Positions 40,818 to 53,588 of a DNA stretch of 64,000 nt are shown in pieces. This DNA is from Octopus vulgaris. Taxonomy: Eukaryota. The stretch covers positions 20,150,001 to 20,214,000 of the forward strand of contig OX597834.1 of assembly GCA_951406725.2 (NCBI GenBank), given 5' to 3'. The notes beneath the pieces were generated by a model. It searched no databases. It worked only from the letters and a program-made list of their open reading frames with translations, and was not told where the DNA came from. The first letter of the stretch is position 1; each line of letters starts with the position of its first letter. Position numbers and translations under genes: made by a program.

Positions 40818-41197
40818 AGTGGTTGTGTGGTAAGTAGCTTGCTTACCAACTATATAGTTCTGGGTTCAGTCCGATTGCATGGCACCTTGGGCAAGTGTCT
40901 TTTACTATAGCTACAGGCCGACCAAAGCCTTGTGAGTGGATTTGGTAGACGGAACCTGAAAGAAGCCCATCATATATATACATGTGTGTGTGTGTATGTT
41001 CGTGTGTGTGTGTGTGTATATGTTCGTGTGTCTCTGTTTGTTCCCCACCATTGCTTGACAACTGATGTTAGTGTGTTTACGTCCCTAGCAGTTCAGCAAA
41101 AGAGACTGATGAAATAAGTACTAGGCTTACAAAGAATATGTTCTGGGGTCGATTTGTTCGACTAAAAGGCGGTGCTCTAGCATGGCCACAGTCAAGA
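40818..41197 (+). mobile_element. SINE family B
   Basis: Head, CORE-like CACCTTGGGCAAGTGTCTT, internal (TA/TG)n, tail CATGGCCACAGTC. Confidence 0.8.
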
Positions 41198-42047
41198 TGA
41201 CAGCAACAGTAAACAACATGAAATACGAAAACAAATGAGTTAAATATGGAAACAATGTGATAAACGGAAAATAGGACAAGTAACACAAAGACCGACCCTT
41301 CATCAGTTGTTGGCTGTCTATCTACTCCTCATTTCTAGCATTCAACGACAATATGAGTTTTTGAAGACAGTTGCTCCCATAAATACCAAAATAAAATTTT
41401 GGATATATGGAGGGTCAAAGACAGTGGAGACATTCAAGGAAACCGAATGAAAACAAACATGGAGAGTCATTAGAGCAGAGTGAGGGTAAAATAGTGAATG
41501 CTGGGAGAAATATTTTCTTTGAGAAAAGGAAAGTTGGAAGAGAGAGATAGAAGACGTTCAGTCCTTAGGACGTCCTGGAGGAAAAGAAAGATGGACAATG
41601 GTCGCGTATGAGCAACGAAAGAGAAAAAGAGGGGAGAGAGAAGGAGATGTGCAGGCATTACTGTGTGGTAAGTAGCCCATTCCGCTCAAAAGGTCCCTGA
41701 ATAAGGATTGTTTAAGTATGTTGAATGAACCACCCATGTTTCCCAAGGTGAATTATTCAAACCCCAAAGAATCCCTCTCAACACATGGCTATGATGCTCC
41801 CCCACTACTTTTACTTGTGATCAGAGATGCACATATCCTCAGCTACCAAGGGACATGCACAACTGGTTAAAGTCAAGCAACTGACAAGCAAATCTGTGGT
41901 ATTGAGCAGAATATTTGCTGTAGCCCATCTTTTATACCAAGACAAAACAATGTACAAGATAACACTTTCTGTCAGTTAAGATTAAAAACCATGAGAGCCA
42001 CTGTCTGGTACTGCATCAGGGAATTTATTATTATTATTATTATTATT

Positions 42048-42366
42048 GCCTTTGCACGGCTTCTAACGCTGGAGATGTACTACAGTGTCAGCTGTTCACA
42101 ACCAGTGAACTAATTTAACACCTCTTATTTTTCGAGCACCTTCTGGAGTATTTGAGTGGTTCCAAGCAGTGCTGTTTGCTGCAAGTGCTCCACCCTTATT
42201 GCAGCCCCTATTTGTTTCATGTACTTCTCGAGATTTTTACTCACTGTTCCCAAGGCTCCGACAATTATTGGTACCACTACCATCTTTTTCATCGACCACA
42301 ACTGTTTTACCGCCCAAGCTAACCTGTCATACCTATCGACTTTTCTTTCTTCCTTATTGCATACCT
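42048..42366 (-). mobile_element. 5'-truncated R4/Dong-like (RLE) non-LTR retrotransposon
   Basis: Minus ORF ..KEERKVDRYDRLAWAVKQLWSMKKMVVVPIIVGALGTVSKNLEKYMKQIG..LQQTALLGTTQILQKVLEK* matches the C-terminus of RLE-clade proteins. Short 3' UTR; both ends abut (TAA)n. Confidence 0.8.
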
Positions 42367-42612
42367 TATTATTATTATTATTTCTAAACCAGGTGGTGTG
42401 TTGTGTTCTTGAGCAGAAACCCTTCATCTCATATTGATCTATGATCACTTTGACACTTGATGCATGGCTCACTGTGCACCTCTTCATACAACGTCGATTT
42501 GTTGGAGGGAGTGAGCTAATGTATGGCTCTTAAATTGACCACCATAGACTAATCATCTGAGTAGGTCACTCAGCAAAAACTGGACGCTCATATGCCATCT
42601 TCAACGAGTGAG

Positions 42613-42643
<31 letters not shown>

Positions 42644-43022
42644 TTGTTGTTGTTGTTTCAGTGTGGTGCGTCATTTGGGCTTAGCAATTGTAGTAATTGG
42701 TTGCTGTTACTTACATTGTTAATTAGACAAAACAATCTTCCTCTATAGAAATTTAATTAGCTTTTAGATTTCAATAATATTAACAAAACCTTCCCACAAA
42801 AAAAAAAAAAAAAATGTAAACGAGGAAATTCTACTGAACCAATCCAATTAATTTAAATTATAACTTCTATGTATTGGCATACATTGTCTTCACATTCACC
42901 GAAAAATTTCCTTCTTCCTCACCAAAGAGAATAAGAGAAATGATGTTACAAGTAAACAAACACGAAACTAATGTTGCTACATTGAAATCCATTGTTTTTT
43001 TTTAGCTTAATCCAAAGATGAC

Positions 43023-43251
43023 TCAGGTCAACAGTTCTAGGAGATGGGCGTGCCTGAGGAGCATGTGCCCCACTCAAGAAAAGAAGTGAGCCCTTCTAAA
43101 TAATGCTATTACGCCCTTTTCTCCTGGTATTGTATTCCATTCTGACCTTGTGCCCTCCCTTCAAAAACTTGCTGGGACCAGCCCTGCTGGGGTATATGAA
43201 ATCAATTTCACTATCCTCTGAAAAATTGCTGTCCTCAAACCCAAATTAGAA
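43023..43251 (+). repeat. ~229-bp segment duplicated at 47384-47612
   Basis: Near-identical direct copies (few substitutions) 4.4 kb apart. Confidence 0.9.
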
Positions 43252-43370
43252 TGTTGTAGTAGGAGCATTCCGCTGGTTATGACGATGAGGGTCCCAGCTG
43301 ATACAATCAATGGAACAGCTTGCTCGTGAAATTAACCTACAAGTGGCTGAGCATTCCACAGACACCTGTA

Positions 43371-43785
43371 CCTATTTCTTTACTGCCCACAAGGGGCTAA
43401 ACACAGAGAGAACAAACTAGGACAGACAAACGGATTAAGTCGATTATATCGACCCCAGTGCGTAACTGGTACTTATTTAATCGACCCCGAAAGGATGAAA
43501 GGCAAAGTCGACCTCGGCGGAATTTGAACTCAGAATGTAGCGGCAGATGAAATACCTATTTCTTTACTACCCACAAGGGGCTAAACACAGAGAGAACAAA
43601 CAAGGACAGACAAACGGATTAAGTCGATTATATCGATCCCAGTGCGTAACTGGTACTTATTTAATCGACCCCGAAAGGATGAAAGGCAAAGTCGACCTTG
43701 GCGGAATTTGAACTCAGAAGGTAGTGGCAGACGAAATACCGTTAAGTATTTCGTCCGGTGTGCTAACGTTTCTGCCAGCTCGCCA
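43371..43785 (-). mobile_element. Family A SINE dimer inserted in a family C tail
   Basis: Two bodies and one head; CACCTGTACC at 43363-43372 and 43784-43793. Confidence 0.85.
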
Positions 43786-46169
43786 CCTGTACCCTTAATG
43801 TAGTTCTCAGGGAGATTCATCGTGACATAGAGAGTGTCAAAGTTGGCCCTTTGAAATACAGGTGCTATGCATTTTTGCCAGTTGAGGGAACTCGAGCAAT
43901 GTGAAATAAAGTGTCTTGCTCAAGGACACACGCATCACCGAGAATTGAACTCACGACCTTAGTATCATGAGCTGACTCCCTAACCACTAAGCCACATGCC
44001 TTCACACGAACATATGTTGTATATAGACATACATAGGTGCTGGTATGGCTGTGTGGTAGGAAGTTTGCTTCCCAGCCATGTGCTTCTGGGTTTGGTTCTA
44101 ATGTGTGGCATCTTGGGTGAGTACATTTTGCTATAGTATCAGAGTGAAAATTATACAGAAACATGACACACAGAAAATTCGTAGCCAATTCCTCATCAGT
44201 CAATGACCAAAGGATTATTACAATTTTGCCCATTTAACACTGATATTGTTCACACACACACACACACACACACAATAGACTCTTTTTAGTTTCTTCCTAC
44301 CAAATCCATTCACAAAGTTTTGGATGGTCTGGGAATTTTGTACAAGGCCTCCATGTTGCTGTACGACTTCCACCTTATACCACATGTACTTTGTATATGT
44401 GTGTTGTTTTTACATGTATATACCTTGCAATTTCTACCTTATAATGAAACATGTGTAACATGGAATTGAAAATATACAAAAGTTTTCAGATTTTGTTTTA
44501 ATGTGGTTTAATGTGGTTGGCCCACTGGGAGTGGGAGGCCCCTCTGTTGTTTACACAACATCTCTCTAGGAGAGGGGAAACTCTGAGAAGAACCCTGCTA
44601 CACTGACCGTATTTTATATATATATATACTACAGACCCTCCTAAAACTAGACACCAATATCTAAGCCTTGTCCAAGCCTACTTAGGTTATCTATGAAGAA
44701 AACCAGACAATACCAAAGTAAGCGATTCCGAAAGACTATGACTCTACAAGCACTTTCTATTTTACAAGAATGAAGAACATAAGAAATTCCCAATTTAGCA
44801 TAACATGTGCATTCCCATCATCAGCTGCCCCAAATGGATGTCACTGTAGTTTCAACACCTGTATATATGTGTGTGTGTGTGTATGTATGTGTGTGTGCAT
44901 AATGGTGATGTTGATGTTAAATGGTATGGTTGACCATTCTTGGTTACTGTTGAATGGTCATTGTTATAATACAAGTGACTCAATGGCTGAGAGATTGATG
45001 ATGATGATGGTAGTGGTGGTGATGATGATGATGATGGTGATTTTTCTGAAACTGTTACCACTGAGGCTGTACTATTGTCAGTGTATTTGTTTATTCACCA
45101 ATTCTTGGGAATGAAGCAACAAACATATTTTTCGAGAAATATTTACAAATCTTAAAAATAAATCTTGAATTTTTATAATTTTGGGATTTATGATATATTT
45201 TTTTAGAAAAATAAATAAATAAATAAATAGCTGATTCTAAATTTAAATTTAAAAAGATAAATATTATTTATAAGGATGATACATTATAGTCAAATCAAAA
45301 ATTTTTATATGATTTTTCATTTCTCTGAATTTTCAAATGTTTGTTTTTGCTTCCGTTGTTTTTCTTTATTAAGAAAAATATTCCATTTCATTTTTCATTG
45401 TAAAAGATATTTCTTATTCAAATATTGAATTATTAACAATCTTCCAAATATATATTTGAAATATACTGCAAGGTTAAAGTGGGCTGTAAACTTCCAATCA
45501 CATTTCTCAAATTTCTTTTGTATAGAATAATAATATTTTAAGAATTGATATAAAAATTTTCACTTTCTTTCACAACTTCAGTCTGAAGTTTCCAAAGCAC
45601 GTTCTAATTTTTTTTTTTTTCTTTTTTACATTTTTCCTGGTCTTGACAAACTTCTCTCAGCACAAAATAAAAACCACATTAATTCCGTCGTACGAAATCT
45701 GTGGAGTCTTCACCTGAACTCCGGTTGACCCATCAATTTGTTTCTTTTGGAATTCAAAGGAGACACCCTCGAGCCATGTATCAATGCCGACAATGTCTTC
45801 TGTCTTTTGATATGTCTGACATCAAAATCAGAGCTTGCTCACCGAGAGAAACGAGAAACGACTAACAGACAGACACTAAAACAGATAACAACTGAGTGAC
45901 TAATATCTCCATTTGAAACAATATTTTTTTCCCCTGTTCCCTCCATCTCATATATCCTGGTATCATCTTATTAGTTTTATCTTTAGCAACATTATTATTA
46001 TGATTCATTCATATTGTAGTTTTGTCTCCTTTTTCTATGTCTTCAAAACATCCTTGTCACTTTTTCACCATCATTCAGCATCCACTTGTCCGTGCTTGCA
46101 TGGGTCAGGCAGAGTTTATTAGTATGTGTATGTATAAGTATATATAAATATAAGTGTGTGTGTGTGTAT

Positions 46170-46502
46170 AGGTGCAGATGTGGCTCTGTGGTAAGAAGCT
46201 TCCTGGCCTACCACATGGTTCTAGGTTCAGTCCCACTGCATGGAACCTTGGGCAGGTGCTTTCTACTATTTCCTCATGCCGGCCAAAGCCTTGTGAGTGG
46301 ATTTGGTAAACAGAAACTGAAAGAAACCTGTCATATATATTTATATATGGATCTTTCCTTTTCCTATGTTTCTGACGAAGAGTTCCGCTCAAAACATAAA
46401 ACCCTCCTTCTTCCCTTCCTTCCTGAGCGTCTAATAATACTATATTTGTTCCACATCCTCGCGTTGTGTTTTCTCTTTGTGTTTTCATGTTTGGATTAAC
46501 TT

Positions 46503-46554
<52 letters not shown>

Positions 46555-46780
46555 GATTTATATGTGTATCTTTGTGTTTGTACCCACCCCCATCACTTGA
46601 TGACTGATGTTGGTGTGTTTCTGTCCCCTGTAACTTAGCAGTTCGGCAAAAGGACTGATAAAATAAGTACTAAGCTTACCAAAGAATAAGTGCTGGGGTC
46701 GATTTCTTCAACTAAATCCCTCTAAGTTGGTGCTCCAGCATAGCTGTGGTCAAATGACTGAAACATGTAAAAAACTAAAA
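46170..46780 (+). mobile_element. SINE family B with a Penelope-like fragment (46349-46500) in its internal TA tract
   Basis: Family B head and tail; insert matches 23041-23165. Confidence 0.75.
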
Positions 46781-47383
46781 GAATGTGTGTGCATATATAC
46801 ATACATATATATATATATAAAAAATACAAAAATGGGATAAGACTGCAAAACATCCAGACAGATGATACAAAAAAGGGACAACAAAACATCCAGACAGCCG
46901 AAACAAGGAAAACAAGGACGGGTCATTTGGAGTTTTCTATCCTCAGTTGAGTTCCACATTATCTTTGCAATTTCGGCAATTTTTGCATTTATACTCACAG
47001 AGGCACACATGAACAAGCATACATACACATGCATGCATGCACACACACATGAACACATGCATGCATGCACACACACACACACACACATTTCTGACAGGCT
47101 TCTTTCAGTTTCTATCTGTCATATTTAGCAACAAGTTATCGCTTGGCCTGAATCAATTGTAAATGACACTTGCCCAAGGTGCCACACAGTAGGACTGGAC
47201 CTTGACCCTTGTGTTTGGAAAGTAAACTTCTTACAGCATAGCTACACCTGTGCCTATACCACACCTGTGCCTATACCACACCTGTGCTTATACCACACCT
47301 GCAATATTTGAAATACTTGGTGCCATGTCTTCTGACTTATTTACATTTTGAGCTCAAATCCCTCTCAGGTCAACTTTCAGGTT

Positions 47384-47612
47384 TCAGGTCAACAGTTCTA
47401 GGAGATGGGGGTGCCTGAGGAGCATGTGCCCCACTCAAGAAAAGAGGTGAGCCCTTCTAAATAATGCTATTAAGCCCTTTTCTCCTGGTATTGTATTCCG
47501 TTCTGACCTTGTGCCCTCCCTTCAAAAACTTCCTGGGACCAGCCCTGCTGGGGCATATGAAATCAATTTCACTCTCCTCTGAAAAATTGCTGTCCTCAAA
47601 CCCAAATTAGAA
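47384..47612 (+). repeat. Second copy of the 43023-43251 segment
   Basis: Direct sequence match. Confidence 0.9.
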
Positions 47613-48653
47613 AGGATTATGTAAGTTTTTCTTTTATCTCTAAGCAATAATATAATGTGTAGACATGTCATAGTGTTGTTTAAAGAAGTGACCTGACAGA
47701 ATCAGTAGAATGCTGGACAAAATGTTTTGCAGCATCTTCTTCTATATTCAAATTCTGAGTTTAAATTCCCTTGAGGCTGACTTTGATGTCTATCCCTCCA
47801 AATTACAGGCCTTGCGCTTAAGAGGTAATGTAGTTTTCTTTCTATTTCCTATATCTTCAAAAATATTATTGGCGTTCTACCAAAACATTAAACTTTTGAA
47901 ATCATTTAAAAATCCCATTTATACGATGACAAAAAAAAAAGACAATGATAATAACGATTTTTTTTTATTCATCATTTCACTGATCTGTTAAAATTTATAG
48001 CCTGACCTAAAGCATGAACAATGAATTTCTTTAAAAATTGTAACTTTGACCCACAATAGATAAAATTTTGGATATAAACTAGAAATAAAATCGTTCTTAG
48101 ACTTCTGAATGGTGAGATTTATTTTCTCCTTATAGCAACATATTTTCAGTTTATTTCATAAAAAAAAATAAAACTGTCTCCATTAATTTCACTGATTTTA
48201 GTATGTGTGTGTGTATGAGAGAGAGAGAGATAGAGAGAGAGAGAGTGTGTGTGTGTGTGTGTGAGAGAGAGTGTGTGAGAGTTAGTATGTGTGTTTCTTT
48301 TTCCTCTAGATATAAAATGTTTTTTAACAAGTGTAGCTGTGTGGTTAGAAGGTTGCTTCCCAACCACACGGTTCCAGGTTCAGTCTCACTACGCAGCATG
48401 TTGGGCAGGTATCTTCTACTATACTCTTAGGCTTAAAAGGATTTGGTAGATGGAAACTGAAAGAAGACGACGTCTGTTCCAGTGTTTCACTGGTACTGAT
48501 TTCATTGACTCTGAAATGACGAAAGGCAAAGTCGACCTCAGCAGAATTTGAAATCAGAACATAAAGGTGGACAAAACACTGTTAAGCATTTTCCCTGGCT
48601 GCTAACAATTCTGCCAGTTCACTGTCCTAAAAACAGCCACACATCGATTTACA

Positions 48654-49048
48654 CATGGCTGTGTGGTAAGTAGCTTGCTTACCAACCACATGGTTCTGGG
48701 TTCAGTCCCACTGCGTGGCACCTTGGGCAAGTGTCTTCTAACTATAGCCTCGGGCTGACCAAAGCCTTGTGAGTGGATTTGGTAGACGGAAACTGGAAGA
48801 AGCCCGTCGTATATATGTATGTGTGTGTGTATGTGTGTATATATGTTTGTGTGTCTGTGTTTGTCCCCCCAACATCGCTTGACAACTGATGCTGGTGTAT
48901 TTACGTCCCCGTAACTTAGTGGTTCAACCTGAGACCCGATAGAATAAGTACTAGGCTTACAAAGAATAAGTCCTGAGGGTCGATTTGCTCGACTAAAGGC
49001 GTTGCTCCAGCATGGCCACAGTCAAATGACTGAAACAAGTAAAAGAGT
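48654..49048 (+). mobile_element. SINE family B
   Basis: High identity to 55770-56210. Confidence 0.85.
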
Positions 49049-49092
49049 ATTTTGGTGTTTGCCAGTGTGTTTGGGGAATTGCCACAAGTTAA

Positions 49093-49790
49093 CACTTTAA
49101 TATTTCAACTGACCATATCTGGCCCAAATATTCTACTTGTTTTGTGTTCAAACTGACCAGATTCAGCCTGTCACAATCTGACCAGACTTGGTTTCTGAAC
49201 GTCATTTTAAAAATAGTTATTTCTTGATACTTTATATACTATCATTGAAATGTCAAAGCTGTGAGCTAGGCCATGATTAACCCTTAACCCTTTCGTTACC
49301 AACCCGGCTGAAACCGGCTCTTTCTCTGAGTACAAATGTCTTGTTTTCATAAGTTTTGAATTAAAATCTTCCACCAAACCTTAGTCACAATTTATGTTCC
49401 TAACACTAGCTTAATGATAACTAAGTTATTTTATTAAATTCTTTGTTATATTTAAAGTAATTGAAAGAAATACAGAGCATCTCAAAATAAATACAGTAAC
49501 AAAAGGGTTAAGCATTTAAACCAGCCATATCCGGTCAAAAGTATTCTGCCTGTTTTATGTTCAAACTGGCCAGATCTGGTCTCTCACACCAACCCTACAA
49601 TATCGTTTTAAAAATTAACAGCTACCTCATCAAAATCTCATAGCTACAAGATAATGCATAATTAGTTCAAAACAATGTGGATTATAAAGCATTAATTTTG
49701 GCAGAATAATGTGAACACTAAAGGGTTAAATTTGGAACAATGTTAATAAGTAAGCACTGCATTTGATCAAGTAATCTGAACTATAAAGAG
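49093..49790. mobile_element. Triple-nested TTAA-flanked (piggyBac-like) MITEs
   Basis: Outer 49093-49790, middle 49281-49725 (TTAA|CCCT..AAAGGG|TTAA), inner 49288-49507 (TTAA|CCCTTTCGTTAC..GTAACAAAAGGG|TTAA). Confidence 0.8.
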
Positions 49791-51799
49791 TTAAGCAGTG
49801 CAGAATTTTGAAAGACCAGCATGTTTGTGTGAGATTTCATTTCATGTTGGGCAAAGATTTTATGGTGGTTTTTTTAAAGTTGCAACAGGCCTGTAAGGAG
49901 GCTTGTCTACAATGTCTTGACTAGCAAATTGTATATGTGCCACTTGGCTTGACAAATGGTGTTGGTTTATTTATGTCTTTGTGATTAAGCAGTTCAGCAA
50001 AAGAGACAGATAGAATATGTACATCATCATCGTCATTTAACATCAGTTTTCCATGCTGGCATGGGTTGGACGGCTTGGCAGAAACTGGCAATGTCAGGGG
50101 CTCCCCACCAGGTTCTGTAGTTTGTTTTGACTTGGTCTCTATAGCTTGATGCCATTCCTCATGCCAACCACTCCACAGAGTGTACCAGGTGCTTTTTATG
50201 TGGCACCATCATCAGTGCTTTTTACATGGCACACCACCAGTGCTTTTTATACAGCACCACAAACACTTGGGTTGGTTTCTGAGTAGCCACAGTCCAGTGA
50301 CTGAAACCAGTAAAATAGATAATAATCCCCAACATCAGTTGATTCCATTCTCATTCCAAGCCTCCTAAAAGAAAACTAAGAACCATTTTCTTTGCTTCAA
50401 GAACTACTGTCCTAAACTCTCACCAAAGGTTACCCGTTTCCCTACAGACTCAACCATCCCAGTTCTCAACAAGAATTTATGGAAAAGAAAATTAAATTTA
50501 CTAAATTTTTCTCTCTTTCCTTTTCATTCCTTTATGATAAATTTTGGGAAATTTGGAAAATATCAGATATTAGTGATTTATAAGTGAGAAGACAAGAGAT
50601 ATCAATTATTGTCCATATAGAGATATCAAATGACATTTTGCTTTTATTTCATATTCATTCATTTTATATATTTACAATTGATAAAATATATCACTTTGCT
50701 TGAAATTAGTATAAACAAGACACACATATATATACATATATATATATATATATGTAAGTTTGTGTATGTGTGTGTGTGTGTGTGTATGAATGTATGTATG
50801 CAAGGAGAATATATATATATGTATGAATGTATGTGTGTATGGAGAATATATGTGTGTATCTAAAATAACTATATATATGTACGTATGTATGGTGAAAATG
50901 TATATATGTACTTATGTATGGAGAACGTATGTATATAAGTACATATGTATATATACATATATATATATGTACACACACATGTACATATGTATTTATATAT
51001 GTACAGACAAATATATGCATCTACATATATATATATATATATACATACGTGTGTGTGTAACATGTATGTATTATGTATTTACATATATATATTCATACAC
51101 ACACGTGTGCGTACATATACGTATGCATATGCATACGTATATTTGTGTGTGTATGTATATATATACATATATATCCTATGTAGTTTTTTTTGTCCATACT
51201 ATCCACTACTTCATGACTTTGATATATATCAGAAAGTTTTACATCCTACAGTTATTGGAAATGTTGTAATCTAAATCATTTCACAATTAAAAGATTCATG
51301 AAAAAAATATAAGAGCTTTTGTGATCAGATGTGAGTCTTTTGTATCCTTATGTTTCAGTATTGGATAAAATATAAATAATAAAAGTTCAATAATATATGA
51401 TAGACCATTGAATAACTGATAGAAATTCTTTAACAACCATGCTGATATTGCTGGCATTGTTTTTGTCGTAATCAATTTCTATTTATATATTTATCTATTT
51501 ATTTATTTTTGTTGTTGTTGTTGTTACTGGAGTGGACAAAATACTTAGTAGCAGTCTTTCTAGCTGTTTATGTTAGCAGTATTTCATCTATCTTTATATT
51601 CTGAGTTCAAATTCCGCCGAGGTAGACTTTGCCTTTCATCCATTCGGGGTTGAGAAATTAAGTACCAGTCGCATACTGGTGTCAATCTAATTGACTGGCC
51701 CCCTCCCCCAAAATTTCAGGCCTTGTGCCTAAAGTAGAAGAGAATATTAATTAACCTTGATTTAATGTCTAATTATGATTCAACATATATATATGATTA

Positions 51800-51900
51800 T
51801 TTCCATTCTCTTTTGCAGGTAAGTCCATCCAAAATTTGCTTTAATTCCATCATCAGTTGAAGAATCTGCACTCTTTGAACACACGTCATATCAGGTATGT
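51800..51900 (+). other. Candidate recursive splice site (AG|GT) and 76-nt RS-exon 51819-51894
   Basis: TTTCCATTCTCTTTTGCAG|GTAAGT at 51818/51819, downstream donor CAG|GTATGT at 51894/51895, CTAAT branch-like motif at ~51769. Confidence 0.5.
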
Positions 51901-51999
51901 GTTTAAACGAAACATTGTTTCCATTTTTTGATCAGCTTCACCAATATATTGAGCAATATGTATTGCAAACATACACATAAAGCATAGGGCTACATAAGT

Positions 52000-52135
52000 G
52001 GGCTACCTGCCACATGGTTCCAGGTTCAGTCCCACTGTGTGGCACCTTGGGCAAGTGTCTTTTACTATAACCTTGGGCTGACCAAAGCCTTGTTAGTGGA
52101 TTTGATTGATGGAAACTTAAACAAGCCTGTCGTAC

Positions 52136-52180
<45 letters not shown>

Positions 52181-52383
52181 GGTGTGTGTGTGTGTTTGTC
52201 CTCCCAGGATTGCTTCACAACTGATGCTGTGTGTTTATGCCCCCTGTAACTTAGCAGTTCAGCATAAGAGATTGATAGAATAAGTACTAAGCTTACAAAA
52301 AGTAAGTCTTGGGGTCGATTTGCTCATCTAAAGGCAGTGCTCCAGCATGGCCGCAGTCAGATACCTGAAACAAGTAAAAGAAT
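52000..52383 (+). mobile_element. SINE family B
   Basis: Body and tail match family B. Confidence 0.75.
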
Positions 52384-52603
52384 AGTACAATCATACAAGT
52401 AACATACAGCACTACATTCACTGTCAACTAGAGTTGTATTGTTCCACATGAAGCATTTTAAACAGTCTGACACTATTTTTGGTTGGCTGTATGTCTAACC
52501 ATGTGACCTTTATGATGAGCAGCTTATCTGTGAAACCCTGACCTCTGTGTTGGGTTACACCACTGGAGAAATTCATCATTGAAATCTGACATCATTGTCA
52601 CAT

Positions 52604-53588
52604 GGTTCTTGGCCCTTGAATCATGACAGGTTAGAAACCAATGAATATGGAGACCCAATCCTAATCCCTGGTTCTTGGCCCTTGAATCATTACAAGTTAA
52701 AAACTCATGGATCTGGAGGCCCAATTCTAATCCCTGTTCTTGGCCCTTGAATCATTACAGGTTAAAAACTCATGGATCTGGAGACCCAATTCTAATCCCT
52801 GTTCTTGGCCCTTGAATTGTTACAGGTTAAAAACTCATGGATATGGAAACCCAATTCTAATCCCTGTTCTTGGCCCTTGAATCATTACAGGTTAAAAACT
52901 CATGGATCTGGAGACCCAATTCTAATCCCTGTTCTTGGCCCTTGTATCATTACAGGTTAGAAACTCATGGATCTGAATACCCAATTCTAATCCCTGTTCT
53001 TGGCCCTTAAATCATTACAGGTTAGAAACTCATGGATCTAGAGACCCAATTCTAATCCCTGTTCTTGACCCTTGAATCATTACAGGTTAAAAACTCATGG
53101 ATCTGGAGACCCAATTCTAATCCCTGGTTCTTGGCCCTTAAATCATTACAGGTTAAAAACTCATGGATCTGGAGACCCAATTCTAATCCCTGGTTCTTGG
53201 CCCTTGAATCATTACAGGTTAAAAACTCATGGATATGGAGACCCAATTCTAATCCCTGGTTCTTGGCCCTTGAATCATTACAGGTGAAAAACTCATGGAT
53301 ATGGAGACCCAATTCTAATCCCTGGTTCTTGGCCCTTGAATCATTACAGGTTAAAAACTCATGGATCTGGAGACCCAATTCTAATCCCTGGTTCTTGGCC
53401 CTTAAATCATTACAGGTGAAAAACTCATGGATATGGAGACCCAATTCTAATCCCTGGTTCTTGGCCCTTGAATCATTACAGGTGAAAAACTCATGGATAT
53501 GGAGACCCAATTCTAATCCCTGGTTCTTGACCCTTGAATCATTACAGGTTAAAAACTTATGGATCTGGAGACCCAATTCTAATCCCTG
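52604..53588. repeat. Minisatellite, 15 units of 65/66 bp
   Basis: Unit GGTTCTTGGCCCTTGAATCATTACAGGTTAAAAACTCATGGATCTGGAGACCCAATTCTAATCCCT. Six 65-bp units (52736-53125), then 66-bp units. Confidence 0.95.

Noticed and set aside
52604-53588. CRISPR-like regular array
   Set aside because: No unique spacers and no cas genes; a eukaryotic tandem repeat.
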